DNA of 64,000 bases from an uncultured delta proteobacterium. GTDB lineage: Bacteria; Myxococcota_A; Polyangia; Polyangiales; Polyangiaceae. The notes beneath the pieces were generated by a model, which searched no databases, was not told the origin of the DNA, and was given only the letters and a program-made list of their open reading frames with translations. Both the position numbers and the translations under genes were made by a program. Below are positions 10,230-21,100 of the stretch, piece after piece. Positions within the stretch are counted from its first letter, which is position 1, and every line of letters begins with the position of its first letter. The DNA lies in the NCBI GenBank assembly GCA_963716725.1, contig CAVQUB010000008.1, positions 359,889-423,888 of the forward strand, read 5' to 3'.

Positions 10230-12269
10230 GTGCTCTTCGCCCTGAACACGTTCTTCGGCGCATGGCTGCTCTTCGTCGTGCAACCGATGTTTGCGAAGTG
10301 GCTCTTGCCCGTCGTTGGCGGAAGCCCCGCCACCTGGGCGGCGTGCATGGTGTTCTACCAGACGCTGCTTCTCGCCGGGTACGCCTACGCACACCTGCTC
10401 ACGACACGTCTGTCTCGCGGGGCGCAGGTGCGACTGCACGTCGTGCTCGTCGTGGTCGCCGCAGTGGCGCTACTCCGCGAGTCCGCAGCTTCGCCCGAGT
10501 TGGCGCCGGTCGATCCTGCTTTTGCCATCCCGTGGCTCTTGCTGAGAGAGCTGGGGTTTCCGTTCTTCGTTTTGGCCAGCACTGCGCCGCTGCTCCAGCG
10601 CTGGGCGGCTTTCGTGACCGGGCGATCTCCCTATTCGCTCTACGCGCTCTCCAACGCGGGCTCGCTGCTCGGCCTGCTCAGCTATCCGTTCTTACTCGAA
10701 CCGGCTTTCGATTTGTCCGAGCAGCGCGCGGGATTCCGTTGGGCTTTTGCGGCGTTTTGCGGGCTGATGGTTTGGGTCGCACTTCGCCTGCATCAGGCGG
10801 ACGAAGCGCCGCACGAGCCAGAATCGGCAACGTCGCCGAGCGGGCAGCGCACGCCCGAGGCGGCGCAATGGATGGCGTGGGCGTTTGTCCCGAGCGTGCT
10901 CTTGCTGGCTGCCACGAACCACATCACCGTCGACGTCGCGGCGACGCCCTTGCTTTGGGTCGCGCCCCTGGCGCTCTACCTCGTGTCGTTCATCGTCGCC
11001 TTCGGCGCGTGGCGTTCGGCGTGGCGTGGTCCTCTGCTCGTCGTCTGGCTCGTCGCAGCGACGGCCCTCGCGCTGAACTCGTACGCCCAAGCCGCGGCGC
11101 CGCTCTGGCGACAACTCGGCGCGACGCTGCTCGCGCTCTTCGCCGCATGCACTCTCTGCCATGGTGAGCTCGCGCGAACTCGACCGCCGGTTCGGCAGCT
11201 CACTCGCTACTACCTCTACATTGCCTCGGGCGGGGCCCTTGGCGGCGCTTTCGTGAGCTGGGTCGCGCCCGTCGTGTTCAACGACTACTTCGAGTTGGAG
11301 CTCGCAGCGCTGGCGACCTTCGGGCTGTTGCTCTTCGCGTCTCGCCCGAGTCAACCCGACCCGTGGCCGCGCACCCAACGTCTGGGAGTGGTGTTCGGCG
11401 CTGCCATCGGCGTTCCGCTTCTGGTTGCCAACCTGTGGCTGCGGACGCGACTGGAGACGCGGCAAGGCAGGGTTTTCGAGCGAACTCGGAGCTTCTCGGG
11501 GACACTTCGAGTCCTCGATCTGCCGACTGGGCGATTGCTGACCCACGGTCGCATTCAGCACGGTTTCCAGCTCCGAGGTGACGTCGAGCGCCGCCTGCCC
11601 ACGTTGTGCTTCGGACCGGGAACCGCGCTCGCGCGGGTTTTCGAAGCGCACCACCCCGAGCGGCCCCGGAGCATCGGTGTGGTCGGGCTCGGCATCGGCA
11701 CGATCGCGAGTTACGGCCGGCCGGGTGACCAGCTGCGTTTCTACGAGATAGACGACCAGGTGGTGGGCATCGCGCGGCGCGACTTCACCTTTCTGTCCGA
11801 CTCCCAAGGCAGCATCGAGATCGTCATCGGCGACGGCCGGCTCGCGCTGGCGCGGGAGGCGCCTCATGCTTTCGATCTCTTGGTGCTGGATGCGTTCACG
11901 AGCGACGCAGTGCCGGTGCATTTGCTGACCCGCGAAGCCTTCGCCGTCTACGCTGCTCAGCTTGCCCCCGATGGAGTGTTGCTGGCGCACATCTCCAATC
12001 GCTATCTAGCGATCGATCGCGTCGTTCGCGCGAGCGCGAATGCGCTGAATCTGGCCCATGCCATCGTGGAAAACCCGCCGGATCCCGGCCAGCACGTCAC
12101 GCGCGCCGATTGGGCGCTCCTGGCTCGTGATCCGAGCGCCGTGGAGGTGCTCGCCCGCCCGCTGCAAATCAAGCGCCCGACCGGCCCCGACCTGCTCTGG
12201 ACCGACGCTCACGCCAGCGTGTTTTCGGCGATGCGCTCAGCCGCACGCAGACGTTCAACGACGGAGTGA
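10230..12269 (+). CDS. Fused MFS-like/spermidine synthase protein
   Basis: Multi-TM N-terminus (LYALSNAGSLLGL, CHGELAR); VGLGIGT, YEID, GDGR, LDAFTSDAVPVHLLTREA, WTD. Confidence 0.9.
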   Translation: MLFALNTFFGAWLLFVVQPMFAKWLLPVVGGSPATWAACMVFYQTLLLAGYAYAHLLTTRLSRGAQVRLHVVLVVVAAVALLRESAASPELAPVDPAFAIPWLLLRELGFPFFVLASTAPLLQRWAAFVTGRSPYSLYALSNAGSLLGLLSYPFLLEPAFDLSEQRAGFRWAFAAFCGLMVWVALRLHQADEAPHEPESATSPSGQRTPEAAQWMAWAFVPSVLLLAATNHITVDVAATPLLWVAPLALYLVSFIVAFGAWRSAWRGPLLVVWLVAATALALNSYAQAAAPLWRQLGATLLALFAACTLCHGELARTRPPVRQLTRYYLYIASGGALGGAFVSWVAPVVFNDYFELELAALATFGLLLFASRPSQPDPWPRTQRLGVVFGAAIGVPLLVANLWLRTRLETRQGRVFERTRSFSGTLRVLDLPTGRLLTHGRIQHGFQLRGDVERRLPTLCFGPGTALARVFEAHHPERPRSIGVVGLGIGTIASYGRPGDQLRFYEIDDQVVGIARRDFTFLSDSQGSIEIVIGDGRLALAREAPHAFDLLVLDAFTSDAVPVHLLTREAFAVYAAQLAPDGVLLAHISNRYLAIDRVVRASANALNLAHAIVENPPDPGQHVTRADWALLARDPSAVEVLARPLQIKRPTGPDLLWTDAHASVFSAMRSAARRRSTTE

Positions 12270-12271
12270 AT

Positions 12272-12748
12272 TTACGGCGATGGCTTGGCTTTGAAGTCGA
12301 TGGCGCCGTCGGGCAAGAGGTACAGCACGAACGCTTCGCCGTCCGTCACGGTCGGGTAGTGCGCACTCTCGGGGCCATAGACTACCCAGCCCGCACCCTG
12401 CCCGACGAACCGCGCCCCCGGAGTGACCGGCACCACCAAGTCGATCTCGCCCTTGGGATGACGATGGTACGGGCCCTTCACGTCCTTCATGTGCACGACG
12501 TCGACGCTGAAACCGGCCGTGGCGTCCGAAGCCTCGATCACGCGCCCGTAGCGGATCCCGCCGCGCTCGTGCTCACACATCCACCCCGCAAGAGCGCCAT
12601 CGTGGCAAGCCTGCGTCAGAGCGCGAAGGGTGTCGCTCCCGTGTCCGAGCTGCGCCTCGAGCAGGGATCGCAGCTCGGGGTTCAGGGCGTGACCTCGGAT
12701 TGCCTCGGTGACGTGGGCGATCCGGGCGCGAAAGTCGTCGGGCGTCAT
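12272..12748 (-). CDS. DUF4863 family cupin-like protein
   Basis: GIRYGRVI, FSVDVVHM, GPYHRHPKGEIDL, GWVVYGPESAHYPTV, LYLLPDGAI. Confidence 0.85.
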   Translation of the reverse strand: MTPDDFRARIAHVTEAIRGHALNPELRSLLEAQLGHGSDTLRALTQACHDGALAGWMCEHERGGIRYGRVIEASDATAGFSVDVVHMKDVKGPYHRHPKGEIDLVVPVTPGARFVGQGAGWVVYGPESAHYPTVTDGEAFVLYLLPDGAIDFKAKPSP

Positions 12749-12809
12749 CACGGCCGGTGAGCATCGGCGACGAGGCGCCGCCGCCGGAAGAAGGCCAGAG
12801 CCACGAGCA

Positions 12810-13000
12810 TGGTGGACTCGCCGTGGGTGTGCTGCAGCTTGACGTAGTTGCCAAAGCCGCAGCCGCAGCCGCAGGTTCCTGTGGAGCACCTGTCGTCGCA
12901 GCCGTCGTTGACGAACACGACTTTGCCGTCAGCCGCTGCCACGACCGAGCGACTCCCGGCGTCCATTACGGGCCAACTCCCGATGCCGAAGTCGCTTCCC
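12810..13000 (-). pseudogene. M23 peptidase internal fragment
   Basis: DFGI...VVAAADGKVV...GFGNYVKLQH..GEST with no intact start or end. Confidence 0.6.
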
Positions 13001-13059
13001 GGAGCTCGGGAGCTCGATGGGGAATCGATACTTCTGCGCGTGTGCGGCCTCAGGCCGCT

Positions 13060-13560
13060 GATTGCCTCCACCTCCGAGTAAGTCAGTCGCTGCGGCGTGG
13101 TGCGCGGGCAGCTTGGGCGATCGTCGAGAGCGCATGTTTCTTCGGCTCGACACCGAACGTGATAGCGAGCCGCCGAGAGGTGGAGTGCTCGGAGCGCCGC
13201 GAACAGGGGTATGACCTTTCGCGCACGCTCGATCGCGCCGAGCAGGAGTCGATTGCCGTCCGCATCCGGGACGCGACAGGCTTCGAGCTTGAATCCCGAG
13301 ATGCAGAGCAAAGCCAGAACGAGTCGGACAACGGAGATGAGCACCGCGGTCCGGCGCTCGAGCAGAACGATACGAGCCTGGGGCGCGCCCTACGCCCCGC
13401 GATCGATTTCGAACGACACCACGTTCCCCATGCCTTGCCGGATCCAGCTCAGCGCTGTCGAGTGCGGGATCCCGAGCCCCGGGAACAGGTCCGGGTTCCG
13501 GGTGCGCACGATCTGCTGCTTGATTCGGTGGTCGTAAGCGCGGCGGGAGCGGCTGCTCAT
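13060..13560 (-). pseudogene. N-terminal fragment of an integrase-core (rve) transposase
   Basis: MSSRSRRAYDHRIKQQI...GIPHSTALSWI, internal stop, ...CALDDRPSCPRTTPQRLT; recognised from memory of myxobacterial IS transposases. Confidence 0.55.
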
Positions 13561-13772
13561 GTGTCGAGCAGAGCACGCTCGGGCGCGTCAGTATCGGCAC
13601 GCGGAGAGTCGGAGAAAAGCGAGTGATTTTGCCGTCTGACCGTCTACAACGCCGCGGTCGAGGGCAGCGACAGCGGAGCGAAGGCGACGCTGCGCATGTT
13701 CGTGCCGTCGCTTTTGCTCGGCGCGACGTATCATTGATCATCAGGACGCATCCAGAAGGGCCGAGGTAGGAC

Positions 13773-14921
13773 ATGGAGACTTCGAAATATCGCTGGTCGG
13801 CGGCGCTGATCGCCGCGGTCGTGGTGACTTCAGCGAACGTCGCCAGCGCGGCCGAGCCCGGCCTCGAAGGCCGTCCGGACATCGTGTTGCAAGACGGGTT
13901 CGAGAGCGCCAACTGGTTCACCGCTTGGGGCGCCAAGGCCGCGCCGCAAAACACGAGTGTCGTCAGCGACGGCAGTTCCTTCTCCGGGGGCTCGCATCTG
14001 CGAGTTTCGGTCCCGAAGGGCGGCCACTACGGCACGTCGTTTGGTTTCGACTTCGCCAAGCAAGGCCTGCCCGAACCTGAAGAGCTCTACTTCCGCTATG
14101 CGATTCGCCTCGGACCGACCTGGACCACTGATGGCGGCGGCGGTGGCAAGTTGCCTGGTTTCGGCGGCACCTATGGCGTCGCGGGTTGGGGTGGCAAACC
14201 GGTGAACGGGACCAACGGCTGGAGCTCCCGAGGGCTGTTCTCCAAGCCCGTGAGCAACGCGGCGAGCGGCGACACGCGCGTGGGCTTCTACGTGTACCAC
14301 GCGGACATGACCGGCCAGTACGGCAGCAACTGGCATTTCTCCGGCGGGCCACTCGGTGCGGACGGCAACCTGAAGCGCAACGTCTGGACGCAGCTCGAGC
14401 TGTACGTGAAGCTGAACACACCCACCAAGAACGACGGCGTGCTCAAGGCTTGGGCCGACGGCACGCCGGTCTTCGAGAAAGCGGACATTCGCTTTCGCGA
14501 CGTGACGACCTTGAAGGTCGAGCGCGCGTGGTTCGACATCTACTACGGCGGCACCTGGACGGCGCCGGCGGACATGCACCTCGACTTCGACAATGCCGTG
14601 ATCGCCTACAAGTACATCGGGCCGTACTCGAAGACGACGGGCACCGGCGGATCCGGCGGCGGCGGAGGGCAGGCCGGCGGCGGTGGCGCTGCGGGCGCGG
14701 CCACGGGCGGTAGCGCGGGCGCAGCGACCGGTGGCGGCGGTGGAGCCGGCGCGATGGGCGGATCCGCGTCCGGCGGCGCGAGCGGAAGCGGCGCTTCTCC
14801 CAGCGCAGACGACGACGGCGGCTGTGGCTGTCGTGTGGCGCCCATCAGCGGCGCCGGCCCGTGGGCGCTGCTGATGTTTGCGGGGCTCGGACTCTCGTGG
14901 CGGCGCCGCGCGGGGCGTTGA
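13773..14921 (+). CDS. Polysaccharide lyase (PL14-like) with MYXO-CTERM sorting signal
   Basis: Signal peptide, ELYFRY, GGKLPG, FYVYH, YVKLNTP, YYGG; Gly-rich linker, then GGCGC-TM-RRR. Confidence 0.85.
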   Translation: METSKYRWSAALIAAVVVTSANVASAAEPGLEGRPDIVLQDGFESANWFTAWGAKAAPQNTSVVSDGSSFSGGSHLRVSVPKGGHYGTSFGFDFAKQGLPEPEELYFRYAIRLGPTWTTDGGGGGKLPGFGGTYGVAGWGGKPVNGTNGWSSRGLFSKPVSNAASGDTRVGFYVYHADMTGQYGSNWHFSGGPLGADGNLKRNVWTQLELYVKLNTPTKNDGVLKAWADGTPVFEKADIRFRDVTTLKVERAWFDIYYGGTWTAPADMHLDFDNAVIAYKYIGPYSKTTGTGGSGGGGGQAGGGGAAGAATGGSAGAATGGGGGAGAMGGSASGGASGSGASPSADDDGGCGCRVAPISGAGPWALLMFAGLGLSWRRRAGR

Positions 14922-15439
14922 CTCAGCGGGGCCGCTCCCCCGCTATTTCGCAGCGAGCACCGGCGAGAGCGCGTTCGCGATGGAGTCCATGGCGGCGTTG
15001 AAGCCATAGCTCGAGTTTGCGGAGCCCGTCAGGCTCTTGGGACAGATCGACGCGACCACGGCCTGCGCCCCCAGATCTCACCGACGCCGCAGGCGTGATC
15101 GCACCCGCCGCAATGATCCGGATCGATCAGCGGGTCGACGCAGCGCCCGCCGCATCCGGTGGTGCCCGGCCCACACTGCGCCGTGCAGTGTGCACTCTCG
15201 AATTCGGGAAATGTCTCCTCCACGCGGGGTGCGAGGCCATTGCGAACTGCATTCTGATTACGAAGTGCACGACCGACTGTTACACGGAAGCCAAGTGCAA
15301 GGCCGTGATCGACAAGTTTGGTGGGCCGAGCTGGAACGAGCGCCAGAACGCCGACGCCGTCCGGACCTGTCCTTGGGCGAAAGCCTGTTGTGTCTAGCGC
15401 CGCGCAGGTCTCGAGCTCGCCTCATACGCACAGCCCGGC

Positions 15440-15880
15440 CCTGCGTCGGGTTGCGGAGCACGACGAGGTGATCGTGATCCACGACACGACGGAGTTTCGG
15501 TTCTTGGGCGACGAGCGCCAGGGGCTCGGCAGGGTGGGCATGGCAGGCCAAGGGTTCATGGGGCACTTCTCGCTCGCGGTCGTCCCTGGCGAGGAGAGAG
15601 AGCCGCTCGGTGTGCTCGCGGTCGAGCCGTGGACGCGGCGCGGCGATTCCGTATCGAAGCGTGAGACGGATGGGCGGATCACCGGCAAGGAAGCCAGAAC
15701 AGCGCCTGAGCGAGAATCGCTGCGCTGGGCCAGAGGGATTTCCGCTGCAGAAGACGTCGTGGCCCAACGAGCTGCCTTGATTCACGTGATGGACAGCGAG
15801 GCCGACGACTATGCGCTCTTGACGCAACTGATCGGGGATGACCGTCGGTTCGTGGTTCGCATGGCCCGTGATCGCGCGCC
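15440..15880 (+). mobile_element. IS4-family (IS50/Tn5-like) transposase fragment
   Basis: VIHDTTEF, PLGVL..W.R, ESLRW, IHVMDSEAD, RFVVRM; truncated on both sides. Confidence 0.8.
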
Positions 15881-16017
15881 CGCCAGCGTTACGACCCCTC
15901 TGGCAAGCCTTGCCTGCACGACGGGTTGTAAGCGGCCGGCGGCTGGCGGAGGATTCGCCCTCCTCGGTGCCGAGGGATGGGCCATCGCCCGCGGCACCAG
16001 AACGCACGGGCACCATC

Positions 16018-18114
16018 ATGCGAATCGACACGGTCGGGTTAATGCGTACGCTCGCCGTTGCAGCTCTCACTGCCAGCTGCGGCACTCCAGCCGCTACGGT
16101 GAGACCCGCGTCTCTCTTTCCTCCCTCGGGTCCCGCCAGCGGCTCGGCCGTCAGTGCCGCGGCGGTCAAGGGGCTTTGCCCCCTAGCCGCCGTTACCGTG
16201 GGCGACGAACGCATGCGGGTCACGCTCGGGGGCGACGTGCTGTTCGACACCGACAAGTCCGACTTGAAGCCGACGGCGCTGGAAGTCCTCGCTCGCGTGA
16301 AGGCGGGCATCATCGACGCACACCCCGATGCGACCATCATCGTCGAAGGCCACACCGACGACCGCGCCTCGGACGAGCACAACCAGGGCCTGTCGGAGCG
16401 AAGGGCGGCCTCGGTCGCGGCTTGGATCAAGCAGCACGGCACGGCGGAGGGCAGAATCTCCAAGCACGGCTACGGGGAATCCTATCCACGGGTCCCCAAC
16501 GTTTCCGCGGCGAACCGCCAGCTCAACCGTCGCGTGGAGCTGGTGCTGACGTGGGGCCAGGGCAAGGCCGCGGCGACGGCCCGCGCGTGTCCCACCGCCC
16601 AGGCGTGTTGCGAGCTGGCAACGCTCGGTGGAAAGCCCGCGCCCGCGCCGGGATGCATCGGGAAGGAGCCGGGCCAGTCGGGGTGGGGCGCAGGTCTCGG
16701 CGCTCGCGGTCTCGAAGACAGCCAAGGCGTCCTGCGACTCAATCCGTGCATCACGACCCGAAGTGCCGCCGTGTGGATCACCTCCACCGACGAGGGCATG
16801 ATCGCTCGCTTCGACGAGTCCACCGGCAAGCAGCTCTTCCGCGTGCCGACCTACGGGCATTATCCTCAGCGCACCGCCGTAGCGACCGACGGATCGGTTT
16901 GGGTCACCAATCGCGATTCAGGGTCGTACGTTCACATCTCCGGGGACGGCAAGCTGCTGTGCTCGAGCCCGCTGAAGACGTGCCAGACGCGCGCTGCGGC
17001 GGTCGACAGCCAGGGCTTCGCTTGGATCGGTTGCAACGACACGAGCGTGTTGCTTCAGGCTAGCGCGACAGAAACCGACGGCACGGTGGAGGTCAGCGAC
17101 GGCAAGAAGAAGGTCAACGTTCCCAAGTGCAAGCAGACGGGAAGAGTCGAGGTGCCCGACGTGCACCCCTACGGTTTGGCCGCCGATCGTCGGGGAGGCA
17201 TGTGGGTCGGCGTCAGCGGCGGCGGTCCCATCGTCAAGATCGACACCATCAAAAGGCGCGTGCTCCTGAAGGTGGATCCCGCGAAAGATCCGCTGGTGGT
17301 CGGGAAGGGAGAGGAGTGCTGGTCCCCGTACGGGATCACCATCGACCGCGACGGCAACCCCTGGTTCGCGAACCTGGGCTGCGGCAACGTCTTGAAGCTC
17401 GACGGACGCACCGGGCGCGCTCTGGGCGTGTTCACGGGTGGTCCAGAGAAGCTGAAGTCACCCCGTGCGCTCGGGTTCGACCGCGAAGGTCACCTCTGGG
17501 TGGCCGAGAACGGCAGCGTGTTCGTGGACCAACTCGCCAGCGACGGGAAGTTCATGCGACGGGTGGACATCTCCTCGTGCGGTGGTGGCGCCGCGCCGCT
17601 CGGCACCGCCGCGGATAGCCAGGGCAACATGTGGACGGCGATCCAGAGCGCCGGCAAGGTGGTCAAATACACGACGGACGGTCGCGTCCTCGGCTGCTAT
17701 CCCGAGCTACCGACCCCGCCGCTCGACAATGCCTACACCTACTCGGACTTCACCGGCGCGGCGATGGAGACTTCGGGCAGCGACCGGGGCGTGACGCGAC
17801 TGCGCTTCACCCATGGCCAAGCCGTACACTGGAGGCTCGCCTCATGGACCGGCATGACGCCGGCGGGCACGACGCTCTGCGTGCGGGCGCGCACGGCGGC
17901 CTCCGCCGCCCGGCTCGACGCTGCGGCCTGGAGCGAGGTGACCTGTCCCAAGACGGCCACCCGCGGGGTCGTCAACGTGTCACTCGATGGCGCGCGCGGG
18001 CCGACGCGCACGGCGCCCGGCGCCGCGCTCGAGCTCGAGCTGACGCTGAGTTCGACCGAGCCCGGGGCATCCCCGCTGCTTTCCAGCATTTCGGTTGCGG
18101 CAACCGCAAACTGA
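16018..18114 (+). CDS. OmpA-like domain plus beta-propeller (Vgb/NHL-like) lipoprotein
   Basis: Lipobox LTASC; VLFDTDKS, EGHTD, NQGLSERRA, NRRVE; repeated PYG(L/I)xxD.G..W blades; YTYSDFTG. Confidence 0.85.
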   Translation: MRIDTVGLMRTLAVAALTASCGTPAATVRPASLFPPSGPASGSAVSAAAVKGLCPLAAVTVGDERMRVTLGGDVLFDTDKSDLKPTALEVLARVKAGIIDAHPDATIIVEGHTDDRASDEHNQGLSERRAASVAAWIKQHGTAEGRISKHGYGESYPRVPNVSAANRQLNRRVELVLTWGQGKAAATARACPTAQACCELATLGGKPAPAPGCIGKEPGQSGWGAGLGARGLEDSQGVLRLNPCITTRSAAVWITSTDEGMIARFDESTGKQLFRVPTYGHYPQRTAVATDGSVWVTNRDSGSYVHISGDGKLLCSSPLKTCQTRAAAVDSQGFAWIGCNDTSVLLQASATETDGTVEVSDGKKKVNVPKCKQTGRVEVPDVHPYGLAADRRGGMWVGVSGGGPIVKIDTIKRRVLLKVDPAKDPLVVGKGEECWSPYGITIDRDGNPWFANLGCGNVLKLDGRTGRALGVFTGGPEKLKSPRALGFDREGHLWVAENGSVFVDQLASDGKFMRRVDISSCGGGAAPLGTAADSQGNMWTAIQSAGKVVKYTTDGRVLGCYPELPTPPLDNAYTYSDFTGAAMETSGSDRGVTRLRFTHGQAVHWRLASWTGMTPAGTTLCVRARTAASAARLDAAAWSEVTCPKTATRGVVNVSLDGARGPTRTAPGAALELELTLSSTEPGASPLLSSISVAATAN

Positions 18115-18139
18115 CAGCGTATCCAAGTCGAGAACGAGC

Positions 18140-19870
18140 ATGAAGCATCACCCAGAGCAGAAGTCACCGATCTCGCTCACGCCTCTGAAGCGTGTTTCCG
18201 TCATTCCGGCCAGCGTGCTGGCCATCGCGCTATTCGCATTGATGTGTGGGAGCTGCGGCGGCGGGACCCGGACGCCGGCGCGAGGCCCTGGCGCGGGCTC
18301 TGCCGCCGGCAAGACCCAATTCGAAACGCTCAGCGTGAGACTGCTGCGCGCGATGGGGAGCGGCAAGACCGTCGAAGCCGGTCGCATCGAGCGTCCCCTC
18401 GCGCTCTACCGCGAGCAGGCGGTGTCGCTGCTCATTCGTACGCTCAATGCCCAGCCCGAGGAGTCCAACGGGAAGCTGCATCTCGAGCAGCGCTTCGAGA
18501 TCGGTGCCGAACGCGTGGCGCTGCCGGCGCTCGACGTCGACTGCTCCGCACCGGCGACCTGCGTGGCCAAAGAGTGGCTCGAACTCGAGCTCCGCGGGCC
18601 AGGGGGCGCGTCGAGGCGGGTCGAGCGCGTGCTCCGAGTGCGAGCGGGGGACGACGACGTGCTGCCCGGCTATCGGCGCTACACCATCGTGGCGCTCGCG
18701 GGAGCGGTTGCGCGAGACGACGTGCAGCCGCAGATCGCGCAGCGCGTGCCCGCGCTGAAGATCGAGGAGCGCAAGGCGAAGATCGAAGCGCTGCAGGCCG
18801 AGGCCGCCGCCACCACGAAAGAGAAGGTGCCCGCGCTGGTGGCACGCATGGACGATCTGGATGTGGGGGGCCAACTGGCGCAGCTGATGGCCCTCGGGTT
18901 TGCGGCGGAGTCCGACGCGGCGACCGACCGTTTGGGCCAAGCCGCTGGGGTGACGGTCCAGCGCAACACGCCGCGGATCTTGATCGTTGGTGCCGAAGGA
19001 CAGGGGGACGACGCCGGCGTATCGCTCAGTCTGGATCTGCGTTTGGACGAGGTGGACACCGCCGCCGGCGATGACTCGAACGCGGCGCGCGCGTTTCAGC
19101 TGGCGCGCGGTCTCGAGCAGTCCATGCTCGAGGGCAAATACCTCGCGGTCAGCGCGGGGCAGGACCGCGCCGTGAGCACCGCCCTCTTGATGAGCGCAGC
19201 CGCCAAGGCTTCGATCGCGACGATTGCGCTCGCAGCCAGTGACAAGGAGCGGTTCGCGGCCCTGGGGCTTCCGCCCGGATTTGCGTCCGTCGTGCAGCGC
19301 GCGCTCGACGGCGGTCACCATGTGGTGCTGCCGAGCGCAGCCGTGGAGCTTGCCGGGCGGCCGCGCTGGGGATTCTGGGACATCGATCCGGCCACCGGTC
19401 GGACCATCGGCGTGATGGAAGACGGTCAACATCAGGGCATGATGGAGGTCCCGGTCACGACGACTCGGGTGCCCCTCAATTCGTCAATGGGTTTCGTGCT
19501 CGGGCTTCACGCAGGTGCGGTGACCGGACAGTTCGCCCTGTCCGGCCTGATGCTCAAGCACGGCGAGGTGACCCCGGTGCTGATTCAAGAGCTCAAGAAC
19601 ATGCTCGCCAACGTCGGGTGCATGGTGTGCCCGCAGGCAACGGTCGGAACCTCCGTGTCCGTCAATGCGGGCGAGTGCCTGAAGAAGGATCTCGTGTCTT
19701 TCAGCAAGGGCGGAGTCGACTTCTGCGCGGGCTATCAAGACGGCTTCAAATGCGCCGTGAGCCTCCTGCTCGCGTCGCTCGAAGGCACGAACCCCTCGAA
19801 GGCGAAGGTATCGGCGAGCGCGCCGACACTCACCGTCGGCTGCCAGGAAATATCGGTGGGCGGAGGCTGA
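18140..19870 (+). CDS. Hypothetical exported or lipoprotein
   Basis: Long GC3-rich ORF with signal peptide and Cys, 25 bp downstream of the OmpA gene. Confidence 0.7.
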   Translation: MKHHPEQKSPISLTPLKRVSVIPASVLAIALFALMCGSCGGGTRTPARGPGAGSAAGKTQFETLSVRLLRAMGSGKTVEAGRIERPLALYREQAVSLLIRTLNAQPEESNGKLHLEQRFEIGAERVALPALDVDCSAPATCVAKEWLELELRGPGGASRRVERVLRVRAGDDDVLPGYRRYTIVALAGAVARDDVQPQIAQRVPALKIEERKAKIEALQAEAAATTKEKVPALVARMDDLDVGGQLAQLMALGFAAESDAATDRLGQAAGVTVQRNTPRILIVGAEGQGDDAGVSLSLDLRLDEVDTAAGDDSNAARAFQLARGLEQSMLEGKYLAVSAGQDRAVSTALLMSAAAKASIATIALAASDKERFAALGLPPGFASVVQRALDGGHHVVLPSAAVELAGRPRWGFWDIDPATGRTIGVMEDGQHQGMMEVPVTTTRVPLNSSMGFVLGLHAGAVTGQFALSGLMLKHGEVTPVLIQELKNMLANVGCMVCPQATVGTSVSVNAGECLKKDLVSFSKGGVDFCAGYQDGFKCAVSLLLASLEGTNPSKAKVSASAPTLTVGCQEISVGGG

Positions 19871-20093
19871 GCCCACACCAAGGTCCGTTACGTTCCGGAG
19901 CTGCTGCGACACCCAGGTCGAGTCGGGGTTTCGAGTCACCGCGACATGGCCGTAAATGCTGTCGTGGTCTCGGAGCCGAGCCGACGGGGCGAACCTCGGC
20001 TTCTCAGTCGAGGTTGCGCCGCCCACCTGGTCGAGAGTTCGAAAGACACGTAGAGTGCGATGGCGCGCGCGCTGCATCTCCCGGAGCACAACC

Positions 20094-20825
20094 ATGAGCA
20101 GCGCCTACCTCATGGCCCTCGCGGCGAGCGCCCTGGCGGCGGTGGTCACCACCATCGGCATCCTGGTTATCCGGCGTTTCTCCGTGTGGGGCAAAAACAA
20201 CGCGGCACTGTTCGGCAGCTTCGCGGCTGGAGTGCTCATCGCCGTCTCCTTTCTCCATGTGATTCCGAAGGCCTTCTCCATGTGCTCCCGAGCGCCCTAC
20301 TGGCTGCTCGTCGGCTATGGCGCCATGCACCTGACCAGTCGCTTCCTCTCCGGCCGCGTGTGCGATCAGCCCCAGCTCGCCGGGCGTGCCTTTGGCATGA
20401 TCGCGCTGGTGGGCATTGGGTTCCACTCCTTCATCGACGGAGTGCTGTACGCCGTGACCTTTCAGGCTGGGGTGTTCACCGGCACCCTCGCAGCCGTGGG
20501 CATGGTGCTGCACGAGTTGCCCGAGGGCATCGTCACCTACGCGCTGCTGCGCGGCAGCAAGATGCCCGACGGGCGCGCGGTCCGTCTGGCGTTCGTGGCG
20601 GCGGCGCTGACCACGCCGCTGGGCACTCTAGCGTCCTACCCCTTCGTCGGGCAGCTCGAGGGTGAGGCTCTCTGTGCCCTGCTCGCGGCGTCCGCCGGGG
20701 TGCTCGTGTACGTGGGTGCAACCCACCTGTTGCCCTACGCCGAGCACGAGTGCCGGCGGTTCAGCTTGCTGGCGCTTCTGGGCGGCGTGCTCGTGGCCGT
20801 CTTGATTGTGGTCACCGGCCACTGA
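20094..20825 (+). CDS. ZIP family metal transporter
   Basis: FAAGVLI, FHSFIDG, LHELPEGI, AALTTPLG, AGVLVYV. Confidence 0.9.
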   Translation: MSSAYLMALAASALAAVVTTIGILVIRRFSVWGKNNAALFGSFAAGVLIAVSFLHVIPKAFSMCSRAPYWLLVGYGAMHLTSRFLSGRVCDQPQLAGRAFGMIALVGIGFHSFIDGVLYAVTFQAGVFTGTLAAVGMVLHELPEGIVTYALLRGSKMPDGRAVRLAFVAAALTTPLGTLASYPFVGQLEGEALCALLAASAGVLVYVGATHLLPYAEHECRRFSLLALLGGVLVAVLIVVTGH

Positions 20826-21100
20826 CAGTTTCGCTTCACCGTGACGCTCAGCCCGTCCTGGCAGGTGGCGCGGGCCGCCAAGAACGCCCGGCAGAGCTTG
20901 CCGCGGTCCTGCGTTTTCGTGGTGCTATCCCGTTCCCCGGGGCACCAACTCTACGGCCCGCAGTTGGTGCGCGCCGCGAACCCTGCAGCGCAAAGCGCGC
21001 GCCGACTCGACCGTTCTGACGAGCGCCTCCGGCGAACGAGGTTGGTACGACGAATGCACGCGCAGACTCCCAGGAGCACTCTGCCGTTCAGGAGGACAGT

